Source of the DNA: Schmidtea nova
Taxonomy: Eukaryota
Reading direction: 5' to 3'
Assembly: GCA_044892505.1 (NCBI GenBank)
Contig: CM097883.1
Span: 231,756,363-231,820,000 of the forward strand
Length of the DNA stretch: 63,638 nucleotides
A model generated the notes under the pieces. It did not search any database. It worked only from the letters and a program-made list of their open reading frames with translations, and was not told the origin of the DNA. The translations under genes were made by a program, and so were the position numbers. Positions 9,873 through 23,300 of this stretch are shown here, piece after piece (within the stretch, counting starts at the first letter, position 1; each line of letters opens with the position of its first letter).

Positions 9873-10388
9873 TTGATTGAGCCTGATGAAAGCATTGGAA
9901 ATGGTAGTCCATCTAATGATAGTGAACATTTAAAAACGCACGTTTTAGTAATTCCATATTCGGAAGGTTTTAAAAATTTTAAGTGTTCTATAATGAAATC
10001 CTTAGGAAATTCTAACATATTTAACATAGTGTCAAAGTCTTTAAAATCAGTAAATATGTTTAGTAATAAATCTCAAACCCCAATAGGTTTAGTTTCTGAT
10101 CTAGTGTATAAGTTTTCTTGTAATGGGTGCAATGCCACATACATTGGAGAGACTTCCCGTCATCTCCGCACACGGGTTCAGGAACATAGCCGATTGAGAG
10201 GTGTGAGTAATATTATTGAGCATAGAAAAATGTGTATAGGAGAAACTGATTTAAAAGATTTTAAAATTATATTAAAAAACTTTAATAATAAATGGGAAAG
10301 AATATTATGTGAGGCGTTGGTGATTAAATCACAATCCCCTACAATTTATATTCAATCAGCAACAAATTTATTGAGATTATTTAATTAA
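9873..10388 (+). pseudogene. 5'-truncated PLE ORF: RT-endonuclease linker and GIY-YIG endonuclease
   Basis: VLVIPY...LVYKFSCNGCNATYIGETSRHL.TRVQEH...ERILCEALVI; the reverse transcriptase domain is absent. Confidence 0.85.
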
Positions 10389-10456
10389 CTCATTAAATCA
10401 TAGCCATTACGTCATTACTGTTTCCGTATATAACATTTGATTTAGATTATGATGGC

Positions 10457-10495
10457 AGACTGATGATGAGGACTATGTCCTTGAAATATATTTCT
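10457..10495 (+). ncRNA. Minimal type I hammerhead ribozyme in the PLE 3' region
   Basis: AGA-CTGATGA-T-GAGGAC-TAT-GTCCTT-GAAA-TATA-T-T-TCT: canonical core, 6-bp stem II, palindromic stem III, short stem I. Confidence 0.7.
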
Positions 10496-11333
10496 ATTGT
10501 TTGGCGATTTCGTGTTTTTATATATATATATAATGATACATATATCTGACACTCATTTTCAAAAAATAATAAAGAACGTCGAATGCTTTTAAAATGTGGA
10601 AAAGAATAAAATTAACAGAATTGCACAAAGAAATGAACGCTATTGTTAATGAGTAAATATAGGTTTATTACTTGAAAATAGATAGATAAAACAAGATCTA
10701 ATAGAGAAAGCCTTTAAGAAGAAAAATAGGCACGACAATAAAAATGAATGTATAGAATTCTATTATCATAATTTTGCTAAACTGGGTTCTTAAGTTGCAA
10801 AAAAGGATAAGAAATTAGGATTTTCTATAAATATACAGATAGCATAAAAAAGATGATAAAAATTAGTGAATAAAATATTTTCCGATACAATCAATGGCGT
10901 TTAGCAAGCTTCAGGCAGATCTTTGATTCTATCAAGAGACGCTTCTGATGGAGAAAAAGAATCAATGGCGGATCAAAATGTGGGAAACGTTTGATCTTTC
11001 ATAAGGTTAAAAGGTGGCATGGATCCCCAAGATTTTAATAATATCTGAGTTCGAATTCAAAATGCTACGTAATAAAATATTACAAAATAAAATAAACAAT
11101 TTGAACTGAAAATAAATAAATGTTAAATAACAGATTTTATAAATTCAAATTGGATTATGAAAAAGTCAGTTCAATTATATTATGGAAAAAAAGTAGAGAC
11201 AAGTAATTAAAAAACGAAGAATTAAATAGATATCAACACTAAAAAATAAAAGAAAAAAATAGATTAAAAGAAAAAGAAAAAATCCTAATAAAAAAATAAC
11301 TAAAAAATTTATAAAATAAATAAAAAAACAAAC

Positions 11334-14300
11334 TTCCGAAGGAAATTTCAATTTGAAATATTTAGATTGCAAATGCAATAATTCCCGTTCCAAACACTCA
11401 ATGTGGGTTTGGAGTTCAATGACCAATGGAATAGGAAGGTAGGACCGGCAGCTTGAGATGAGGGAGAGCATATCGTTGATCATAAATTCTTTATCGGATT
11501 GAACCAGATCCAATTTAAGTAACTTTGAGATAATATCGGATGTAAATTCATGAAAGTCTATAAGAATAGCAGCTTTTTCATTTCTAATCAACATCAAATC
11601 GTGATTTTTGTTCTCTAGTTCTTTATACAACTCAACAAGTTTCTCGTTTGCGTCTCCATCCTTTCGGTAAATAACACATTCACTCATTTCCTTTGCCAAG
11701 AAATCGACATTTAGTTCCAGCTCCTCTCTCTGTCTTGTTAGTTCATGTATGATGCTGTTCTTTTCTTTCAGTTTCAATTCTACTTCTGTGTCTTTATTGA
11801 TAAGTTCCCGTTTCAGTTGATCAATTTCATGTGTCAAAGCTGATTTATGATCTTCAAGCACTGAAATGGCGCGGTTCTTTCCTTCTAATTCCTGATAGAT
11901 CTCAGTCAGTTTGCCCTCAGACACATCTGTTGGTGTTTCGTGAATGATTACGGAAGTCTTCTCTGAAGACGTCAATGTCTCAACAATTCTTGATTGATCT
12001 GTTGTCGTGAATTGAGAATTTATTCTTTCTGTACGAAGTTGTTGAATTTCTTTCAAAAGATCTTCGATTCTTGTTTGCAATTCTTCAATTATTTTCGCAT
12101 CATCAGTCACAGAGACCGCCATCGATTGAGGTGCTTGTTCTGGTTTTATTATCTCTTCTCCGTCAACAAAAGTATCGCCTTCAGTAACATAGTCTTTATG
12201 AATGATTGTTCTTGTTATTTGTTTAAATGAATCAACGGACTGTTCTCTTAATTCATGTAATTCCGTTTGTAATCTTTCAACATCCGTCAATAGAGCCAGT
12301 TTCTCATTTCTGAGTGTTACAATGTCGAGATTCTTTGAGTCGATCTCTTTGTACAATTCTCCAAAAATGTCACTAAAGTCGCTGTCTTGACCAAATGTTT
12401 CTGTTTTTTCTGTCACTCTTCGACTCATTTGATCAATGTTTGATTCCAGAGATACTTTAATGGAATGCAATTCACTGATGATTGTTTCTTTTTCTTTTAA
12501 TTTCAAAGTGAAACTTTCGTATTTCTGATGCATTTCTCGTCGCAATTTATCAATGTCATCTAATAGAGTAACCTTTTCATTTCTCAACAACATCAAATCG
12601 TGATTTTTGTTCTCTAGTTCTTTATACAACTCAACAAGTTTCTCGTTTGCGTCTCCATCCTTTCGGTAAATAACACATTCACTCATTTCCTTTGCCAAGA
12701 AATCGACATTTAGTTCCAGCTCCTCTCTCTGTCTTGTTAGTTCATGTATGATGCTGTTCTTTTCTTTCAGTTTCAATTCTACTTCTGTGTCTTTATTGAT
12801 AAGTTCCCGTTTCAGTTGATCAATTTCATGTGTCAAAGCTGATTTATGATCTTCAAGCACTGAAATGGCGCGGTTCTTTCCTTCTAATTCCTGATAGATC
12901 TCAGTCAGTTTGCCCTCAGACACATCTGTTGGTGTTTCGTGAATGATTACGGAAGTCTTCTCTGAAGACGTCAATGTCTCAACAATTCTTGATTGATCTG
13001 TTGTCGTGAATTGAGAATTTATTCTTTCTGTACGAAGCTCTTGAATTTCTTTCAAAAGATCTGCGATTCTTGTTTGCAATTCTTCAATTATTTTCGCATC
13101 ATCAGTCACAGAGACCGCCATCGATTGAGGTGCTTGTTCTGGTTTTATTATCTCTTCTCCGTCAACAAAAGTATCGCCTTCAGTAACATAGTCTTTATGA
13201 ATGATTGTTCTTGTTATTTGTTTAAATGAATCAACGGACTGTTCTCTTAATTCATGTAATTCCGTTTGTAATCTTTCAACATCCGTCAATAGAGCCAGTT
13301 TCTCATTTCTGAGTGTTACAATGTCGAGATTCTTTGAGTCGATCTCTTTGTACAATTCTCCAAAAATGTCACTAAAGTCGCTGTCTTGACCAAATGTTTC
13401 TGTTTTTTCTGTCACTCTTCGACTCATTTGATCAATGTTTGATTCCAGAGATACTTTAATGGAATGCAATTCACTGATGATTGTTTCTTTTTCTTTTAAT
13501 TTCAAAGTGAAACTTTCGTATTTCTGATGCATTTCTCGTCGCAATTTATCAATGTCATCTAATAGAGTAACCTTTTCATTTCTCAACAACATCAAATCGT
13601 GATTTTTGTTCTCTAGTTCTTTATACAACTCAACAAGTTTCTCGTTTGCGTCTCCATCCTTTCGGTAAATAACACATTCACTCATTTCCTTTGCCAAGAA
13701 ATCGACATTTAGTTCCAGCTCCTCTCTCTGTCTTGTTAGTTCATGTATGATGCTGTTCTTTTCTTTCAGTTTCAATTCTACTTCTGTGTCTTTATTGATA
13801 AGTTCCCGTTTCAGTTGATCAATTTCATGTGTCAAAGCTGATTTATGATCTTCAAGCACTGAAATGGCGCGGTTCTTTCCTTCTAATTCCTGATAGATCT
13901 CAGTCAGTTTGCCCTCAGACACATCTGTTGGTGTTTCGTGAATGATTACGGAAGTCTTCTCTGAAGACGTCAATGTCTCAACAATTCTTGATTGATCTGT
14001 TGTCGTGAATTGAGAATTTATTCTTTCTGTACGAAGTTGTTGAATTTCTTTCAAAAGATCTTCGATTCTTGTTTGCAATTCTTCAATTATTTTCGCATCA
14101 TCAGTCACAGAGACCGCCATCGATTGAGGTGCTTGTTCTGGTTTTATTATCTCTTCTCCGTCAACAAAAGTATCGCCTTCAGTAACATAGTCTTTATGAA
14201 TGATTGTTCTTGTTATTTGTTTAAATGAATCAACGGACTGTTCTCTTAATTCATGTAATTCCGTTTGTAATCTTTCAACATCCGTCAATAGAGCCAGTTT

Positions 14301-17300
14301 CTCATTTCTGAGTGTTACAATGTCGAGATTCTTTGAGTCGATCTCTTTGTACAATTCTCCAAAAATGTCACTAAAGTCGCTGTCTTGACCAAATGTTTCT
14401 GTTTTTTCTGTCACTCTTCGACTCATTTGATCAATGTTTGATTCCAGAGATACTTTAATGGAATGCAATTCACTGATGATTGTTTCTTTTTCTTTTAATT
14501 TCAAAGTGAAACTTTCGTATTTCTGATGCATTTCTCGTCGCAATTTATCAATGTCATCTAATAGAGTAACCTTTTCATTTCTCAACAACATCAAATCGTG
14601 ATTTTTGTTCTCTAGTTCTTTATACAACTCAACAAGTTTCTCGTTTGCGTCTCCATCCTTTCGGTAAATAACACATTCACTCATTTCCTTTGCCAAGAAA
14701 TCGACATTTAGTTCCAGCTCCTCTCTCTGTCTTGTTAGTTCATGTATGATGCTGTTCTTTTCTTTCAGTTTCAATTCTACTTCTGTGTCTTTATTGATAA
14801 GTTCCCGTTTCAGTTGATCAATTTCATGTGTCAAAGCTGATTTATGATCTTCAAGCACTGAAATGGCGCGGTTCTTTCCTTCTAATTCCTGATAGATCTC
14901 AGTCAGTTTACCCTCAGACACATCTGTTGGTGTTTCGTGAATGATTACGGAAGTCTTCTCTGAAGACGTCAATGTCTCAACAATTCTTGATTGATCTGTT
15001 GTCGTGAATTGAGAATTTATTCTTTCTGTACGAAGCTCTTGAATTTCTTTCAAAAGATCTGCGATTCTTGTTTGCAATTCTTCAATTATTTTCGCATCAT
15101 CAGTCACAGAGACCGCCATCGATTGAGGTGCTTGTTCTGGTTTTATTATCTCTTCTCCGTCAACAAAAGTATCGCCTTCAGTAACATAGTCTTTATGAAT
15201 GATTGTTCTTGTTATTTGTTTAAATGAATCAACGGACTGTTCTCTTAATTCATGTAATTCCGTTTGTAATCTTTCAACATCCGTCAATAGAGCCAGTTTC
15301 TCATTTCTGAGTGTTACAATGTCGAGATTCTTTGAGTCGATCTCTTTGTACAATTCTCCAAAAATGTCACTAAAGTCGCTGTCTTGACCAAATGTTTCTG
15401 TTTTTTCTGTCACTCTTCGACTCATTTGATCAATGTTTGATTCCAGAGATACTTTAATGGAATGCAATTCACTGATGATTGTTTCTTTTTCTTTTAATTT
15501 CAAAGTGAAACTTTCGTATTTCTGATGCATTTCTCGTCGCAATTTATCAATGTCATCTAATAGAGTAACCTTTTCATTTCTCAACAACATCAAATCGTGA
15601 TTTTTGTTCTCTAGTTCTTTATACAACTCAACAAGTTTCTCGTTTGCGTCTCCATCCTTTCGGTAAATAACACATTCACTCATTTCCTTTGCCAAGAAAT
15701 CGACATTTAGTTCCAGCTCCTCTCTCTGTCTTGTTAGTTCATGTATGATGCTGTTCTTTTCTTTCAGTTTCAATTCTACTTCTGTGTCTTTATTGATAAG
15801 TTCCCGTTTCAGTTGATCAATTTCATGTGTCAAAGCTGATTTATGATCTTCAAGCACTGAAATGGCGCGGTTCTTTCCTTCTAATTCCTGATAGATCTCA
15901 GTCAGTTTGCCCTCAGACACATCTGTTGGTGTTTCGTGAATGATTACGGAAGTCTTCTCTGAAGACGTCAATGTCTCAACAATTCTTGATTGATCTGTTG
16001 TCGTGAATTGAGAATTTATTCTTTCTGTACGAAGTTGTTGAATTTCTTTCAAAAGATCTTCGATTCTTGTTTGCAATTCTTCAATTATTTTCGCATCATC
16101 AGTCACAGAGACCGCCATCGATTGAGGTGCTTGTTCTGGTTTTATTATCTCTTCTCCGTCAACAAAAGTATCGCCTTCAGTAACATAGTCTTTATGAATG
16201 ATTGTTCTTGTTATTTGTTTAAATGAATCAACGGACTGTTCTCTTAATTCATGTAATTCCGTTTGTAATCTTTCAACATCCGTCAATAGAGCCAGTTTCT
16301 CATTTCTGAGTGTTACAATGTCGAGATTCTTTGAGTCGATCTCTTTGTACAATTCTCCAAAAATGTCACTAAAGTCGCTGTCTTGACCAAATGTTTCTGT
16401 TTTTTCTGTCACTCTTCGACTCATTTGATCAATGTTTGATTCCAGAGATACTTTAATGGAATGCAATTCACTGATGATTGTTTCTTTTTCTTTTAATTTC
16501 AAAGTGAAACTTTCGTATTTCTGATGCATTTCTCGTCGCAATTTATCAATGTCATCTAATAGAGTAACCTTTTCATTTCTCAACAACATCAAATCGTGAT
16601 TTTTGTTCTCTAGTTCTTTATACAACTCAACAAGTTTCTCGTTTGCGTCTCCATCCTTTCGGTAAATAACACATTCACTCATTTCCTTTGCCAAGAAATC
16701 GACATTTAGTTCCAGCTCCTCTCTCTGTCTTGTTAGTTCATGTATGATGCTGTTCTTTTCTTTCAGTTTCAATTCTACTTCTGTGTCTTTATTGATAAGT
16801 TCCCGTTTCAGTTGATCAATTTCATGTGTCAAAGCTGATTTATGATCTTCAAGCACTGAAATGGCGCGGTTCTTTCCTTCTAATTCCTGATAGATCTCAG
16901 TCAGTTTACCCTCAGACACATCTGTTGGTGTTTCGTGAATGATTACGGAAGTCTTCTCTGAAGACGTCAATGTCTCAACAATTCTTGATTGATCTGTTGT
17001 CGTGAATTGAGAATTTATTCTTTCTGTACGAAGCTCTTGAATTTCTTTCAAAAGATCTGCGATTCTTGTTTGCAATTCTTCAATTATTTTCGCATCATCA
17101 GTCACAGAGACCGCCATCGATTGAGGTGCTTGTTCTGGTTTTATTATCTCTTCTCCGTCAACAAAAGTATCGCCTTCAGTAACATAGTCTTTATGAATGA
17201 TTGTTCTTGTTATTTGTTTAAATGAATCAACGGACTGTTCTCTTAATTCATGTAATTCCGTTTGTAATCTTTCAACATCCGTCAATAGAGCCAGTTTCTC

Positions 17301-20300
17301 ATTTCTGAGTGTTACAATGTCGAGATTCTTTGAGTCGATCTCTTTGTACAATTCTCCAAAAATGTCACTAAAGTCGCTGTCTTGACCAAATGTTTCTGTT
17401 TTTTCTGTCACTCTTCGACTCATTTGATCAATGTTTGATTCCAGAGATACTTTAATGGAATGCAATTCACTGATGATTGTTTCTTTTTCTTTTAATTTCA
17501 AAGTGAAACTTTCGTATTTCTGATGCATTTCTCGTCGCAATTTATCAATGTCATCTAATAGAGTAACCTTTTCATTTCTCAACAACATCAAATCGTGATT
17601 TTTGTTCTCTAGTTCTTTATACAACTCAACAAGTTTCTCGTTTGCGTCTCCATCCTTTCGGTAAATAACACATTCACTCATTTCCTTTGCCAAGAAATCG
17701 ACATTTAGTTCCAGCTCCTCTCTCTGTCTTGTTAGTTCATGTATGATGCTGTTCTTTTCTTTCAGTTTCAATTCTACTTCTGTGTCTTTATTGATAAGTT
17801 CCCGTTTCAGTTGATCAATTTCATGTGTCAAAGCTGATTTATGATCTTCAAGCACTGAAATGGCGCGGTTCTTTCCTTCTAATTCCTGATAGATCTCAGT
17901 CAGTTTGCCCTCAGACACATCTGTTGGTGTTTCGTGAATGATTACGGAAGTCTTCTCTGAAGACGTCAATGTCTCAACAATTCTTGATTGATCTGTTGTC
18001 GTGAATTGAGAATTTATTCTTTCTGTACGAAGCTCTTGAATTTCTTTCAAAAGATCTGCGATTCTTGTTTGCAATTCTTCAATTATTTTCGCATCATCAG
18101 TCACAGAGACCGCCATCGATTGAGGTGCTTGTTCTGGTTTTATTATCTCTTCTCCGTCAACAAAAGTATCGCCTTCAGTAACATAGTCTTTATGAATGAT
18201 TGTTCTTGTTATTTGTTTAAATGAATCAACGGACTGTTCTCTTAATTCATGTAATTCCGTTTGTAATCTTTCAACATCCGTCAATAGAGCCAGTTTCTCA
18301 TTTCTGAGTGTTACAATGTCGAGATTCTTTGAGTCGATCTCTTTGTACAATTCTCCAAAAATGTCACTAAAGTCGCTGTCTTGACCAAATGTTTCTGTTT
18401 TTTCTGTCACTCTTCGACTCATTTGATCAATGTTTGATTCCAGAGATACTTTAATGGAATGCAATTCACTGATGATTGTTTCTTTTTCTTTTAATTTCAA
18501 AGTGAAACTTTCGTATTTCTGATGCATTTCTCGTCGCAATTTATCAATGTCATCTAATAGAGTAACCTTTTCATTTCTCAACAACATCAAATCGTGATTA
18601 TTGTTCTCTAGTTCTTTATACAACTCAACAAGTTTCTCGTTTGCGTCTCCATCCTTTCGGTAAATAACACATTCACTTATTTCCTTTGCCAAGAAATCGA
18701 CATTTAGTTCCAGCTCCTCTCTCTGTCTTGTTAGTTCATGTATGATGCTGTTCTTTTCTTTCAGTTTCAATTCTACTTCTGTGTCTTTATTGATAAGTTC
18801 CCGTTTCAGTTGATCAATTTCATGTGTCAAAGCTGATTTATGATCTTCAAGCACTGAAATGGCGCGGTTCTTTCCTTCTAATTCCTGATAGATCTCAGTC
18901 AGTTTGCCCTCAGACACATCTGTTGGTGTTTCGTGAATGATTACGGAAGTCTTCTCTGAAGACGTCAATGTCTCAACAATTCTTGATTGATCTGTTGTCG
19001 TGAATTGAGAATTTATTCTTTCTGTACGAAGTTGTTGAATTTCTTTCAAAAGATCTTCGATTCTTGTTTGCAATTCTTCAATTATTTTCGCATCATCAGT
19101 CACAGAGACCGCCATCGATTGAGGTGCTTGTTCTGGTTTTATTATCTCTTCTCCGTCAACAAAAGTATCGCCTTCAGTAACATAGTCTTTATGAATGATT
19201 GTTCTTGTTATTTGTTTAAATGAATCAACGGACTGTTCTCTTAATTCATGTAATTCCGTTTGTAATCTTTCAACATCCGTCAATAGAGCCAGTTTCTCAT
19301 TTCTGAGTGTTACAATGTCGAGATTCTTTGAGTCGATCTCTTTGTACAATTCTCCAAAAATGTCACTAAAGTCGCTGTCTTGACCAAATGTTTCTGTTTT
19401 TTCTGTCACTCTTCGACTCATTTGATCAATGTTTGATTCCAGAGATACTTTAATGGAATGCAATTCACTGATGATTGTTTCTTTTTCTTTTAATTTCAAA
19501 GTGAAACTTTCGTATTTCTGATGCATTTCTCGTCGCAATTTATCAATGTCATCTAATAGAGTAACCTTTTCATTTCTCAACAACATCAAATCGTGATTTT
19601 TGTTCTCTAGTTCTTTATACAACTCAACAAGTTTCTCGTTTGCGTCTCCATCCTTTCGGTAAATAACACATTCACTCATTTCCTTTGCCAAGAAATCGAC
19701 ATTTAGTTCCAGCTCCTCTCTCTGTCTTGTTAGTTCATGTATGATGCTGTTCTTTTCTTTCAGTTTCAATTCTACTTCTGTGTCTTTATTGATAAGTTCC
19801 CGTTTCAGTTGATCAATTTCATGTGTCAAAGCTGATTTATGATCTTCAAGCACTGAAATGGCGCGGTTCTTTCCTTCTAATTCCTGATAGATCTCAGTCA
19901 GTTTGCCCTCAGACACATCTGTTGGTGTTTCGTGAATGATTACGGAAGTCTTCTCTGAAGACGTCAATGTCTCAACAATTCTTGATTGATCTGTTGTCGT
20001 GAATTGAGAATTTATTCTTTCTGTACGAAGTTGTTGAATTTCTTTCAAAAGATCTTCGATTCTTGTTTGCAATTCTTCAATTATTTTCGCATCATCAGTC
20101 ACAGAGACCGCCATCGATTGAGGTGCTTGTTCTGGTTTTATTATCTCTTCTCCGTCAACAAAAGTATCGCCTTCAGTAACATAGTCTTTATGAATGATTG
20201 TTCTTGTTATTTGTTTAAATGAATCAACGGACTGTTCTCTTAATTCATGTAATTCCGTTTGTAATCTTTCAACATCCGTCAATAGAGCCAGTTTCTCATT

Positions 20301-23300
20301 TCTGAGTGTTACAATGTCGAGATTCTTTGAGTCGATCTCTTTGTACAATTCTCCAAAAATGTCACTAAAGTCGCTGTCTTGACCAAATGTTTCTGTTTTT
20401 TCTGTCACTCTTCGACTCATTTGATCAATGTTTGATTCCAGAGATACTTTAATGGAATGCAATTCACTGATGATTGTTTCTTTTTCTTTTAATTTCAAAG
20501 TGAAACTTTCGTATTTCTGATGCATTTCTCGTCGCAATTTATCAATGTCATCTAATAGAGTAACCTTTTCATTTCTCAACAACATCAAATCGTGATTTTT
20601 GTTCTCTAGTTCTTTATACAACTCAACAAGTTTCTCGTTTGCGTCTCCATCCTTTCGGTAAATAACACATTCACTCATTTCCTTTGCCAAGAAATCGACA
20701 TTTAGTTCCAGCTCCTCTCTCTGTCTTGTTAGTTCATGTATGATGCTGTTCTTTTCTTTCAGTTTCAATTCTACTTCTGTGTCTTTATTGATAAGTTCCC
20801 GTTTCAGTTGATCAATTTCATGTGTCAAAGCTGATTTATGATCTTCAAGCACTGAAATGGCGCGGTTCTTTCCTTCTAATTCCTGATAGATCTCAGTCAG
20901 TTTGCCCTCAGACACATCTGTTGGTGTTTCGTGAATGATTACGGAAGTCTTCTCTGAAGACGTCAATGTCTCAACAATTCTTGATTGATCTGTTGTCGTG
21001 AATTGAGAATTTATTCTTTCTGTACGAAGTTGTTGAATTTCTTTCAAAAGATCTTCGATTCTTGTTTGCAATTCTTCAATTATTTTCGCATCATCAGTCA
21101 CAGAGACCGCCATCGATTGAGGTGCTTGTTCTGGTTTTATTATCTCTTCTCCGTCAACAAAAGTATCGCCTTCAGTAACATAGTCTTTATGAATGATTGT
21201 TCTTGTTATTTGTTTAAATGAATCAACGGACTGTTCTCTTAATTCATGTAATTCCGTTTGTAATCTTTCAACATCCGTCAATAGAGCCAGTTTCTCATTT
21301 CTGAGTGTTACAATGTCGAGATTCTTTGAGTCGATCTCTTTGTACAATTCTCCAAAAATGTCACTAAAGTCGCTGTCTTGACCAAATGTTTCTGTTTTTT
21401 CTGTCACTCTTCGACTCATTTGATCAATGTTTGATTCCAGAGATACTTTAATGGAATGCAATTCACTGATGATTGTTTCTTTTTCTTTTAATTTCAAAGT
21501 GAAACTTTCGTATTTCTGATGCATTTCTCGTCGCAATTTATCAATGTCATCTAATAGAGTAACCTTTTCATTTCTCAACAACATCAAATCGTGATTTTTG
21601 TTCTCTAGTTCTTTATACAACTCAACAAGTTTCTCGTTTGCGTCTCCATCCTTTCGGTAAATAACACATTCACTCATTTCCTTTGCCAAGAAATCGACAT
21701 TTAGTTCCAGCTCCTCTCTCTGTCTTGTTAGTTCATGTATGATGCTGTTCTTTTCTTTCAGTTTCAATTCTACTTCTGTGTCTTTATTGATAAGTTCCCG
21801 TTTCAGTTGATCAATTTCATGTGTCAAAGCTGATTTATGATCTTCAAGCACTGAAATGGCGCGGTTCTTTCCTTCTAATTCCTGATAGATCTCAGTCAGT
21901 TTGCCCTCAGACACATCTGTTGGTGTTTCGTGAATGATTACGGAAGTCTTCTCTGAAGACGTCAATGTCTCAACAATTCTTGATTGATCTGTTGTCGTGA
22001 ATTGAGAATTTATTCTTTCTGTACGAAGTTGTTGAATTTCTTTCAAAAGATCTTCGATTCTTGTTTGCAATTCTTCAATTATTTTCGCATCATCAGTCAC
22101 AGAGACCGCCATCGATTGAGGTGCTTGTTCTGGTTTTATTATCTCTTCTCCGTCAACAAAAGTATCGCCTTCAGTAACATAGTCTTTATGAATGATTGTT
22201 CTTGTTATTTGTTTAAATGAATCAACGGACTGTTCTCTTAATTCATGTAATTCCGTTTGTAATCTTTCAACATCCGTCAATAGAGCCAGTTTCTCATTTC
22301 TGAGTGTTACAATGTCGAGATTCTTTGAGTCGATCTCTTTGTACAATTCTCCAAAAATGTCACTAAAGTCGCTGTCTTGACCAAATGTTTCTGTTTTTTC
22401 TGTCACTCTTCGACTCATTTGATCAATGTTTGATTCCAGAGATACTTTAATGGAATGCAATTCACTGATGATTGTTTCTTTTTCTTTTAATTTCAAAGTG
22501 AAACTTTCGTATTTCTGATGCATTTCTCGTCGCAATTTATCAATGTCATCTAATAGAGTAACCTTTTCATTTCTCAACAACATCAAATCGTGATTTTTGT
22601 TCTCTAGTTCTTTATACAACTCAACAAGTTTCTCGTTTGCGTCTCCATCCTTTCGGTAAATAACACATTCACTCATTTCCTTTGCCAAGAAATCGACATT
22701 TAGTTCCAGCTCCTCTCTCTGTCTTGTTAGTTCATGTATGATGCTGTTCTTTTCTTTCAGTTTCAATTCTACTTCTGTGTCTTTATTGATAAGTTCCCGT
22801 TTCAGTTGATCAATTTCATGTGTCAAAGCTGATTTATGATCTTCAAGCACTGAAATGGCGCGGTTCTTTCCTTCTAATTCCTGATAGATCTCAGTCAGTT
22901 TGCCCTCAGACACATCTGTTGGTGTTTCGTGAATGATTACGGAAGTCTTCTCTGAAGACGTCAATGTCTCAACAATTCTTGATTGATCTGTTGTCGTGAA
23001 TTGAGAATTTATTCTTTCTGTACGAAGTTGTTGAATTTCTTTCAAAAGATCTTCGATTCTTGTTTGCAATTCTTCAATTATTTTCGCATCATCAGTCACA
23101 GAGACCGCCATCGATTGAGGTGCTTGTTCTGGTTTTATTATCTCTTCTCCGTCAACAAAAGTATCGCCTTCAGTAACATAGTCTTTATGAATGATTGTTC
23201 TTGTTATTTGTTTAAATGAATCAACGGACTGTTCTCTTAATTCATGTAATTCCGTTTGTAATCTTTCAACATCCGTCAATAGAGCCAGTTTCTCATTTCT

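Larger units (their letters stand above)
9418..10521. mobile_element. Penelope-like element 3' fragment as an inverted duplication (arms about 9418-9874 and 10065-10521)
   Basis: GIY-YIG ORFs on both strands (LVYKFSCNGCNATYIGETSRHLRTRVQEH), near-identical arms, hammerhead motif near each outer end. Confidence 0.9.

Noticed and set aside
9883-9910. CTGATGA...GAAA in the PLE spacer as another hammerhead
   Set aside because: No stem II pairing (AAGCATTG) and no credible stem I.
11038-11067. Short terminal exon HFEFELRYY* after the giant exon
   Set aside because: The acceptor is plausible, but homology with gene B's exon series supports splicing on to 8326. It is kept only as a possible alternative end.
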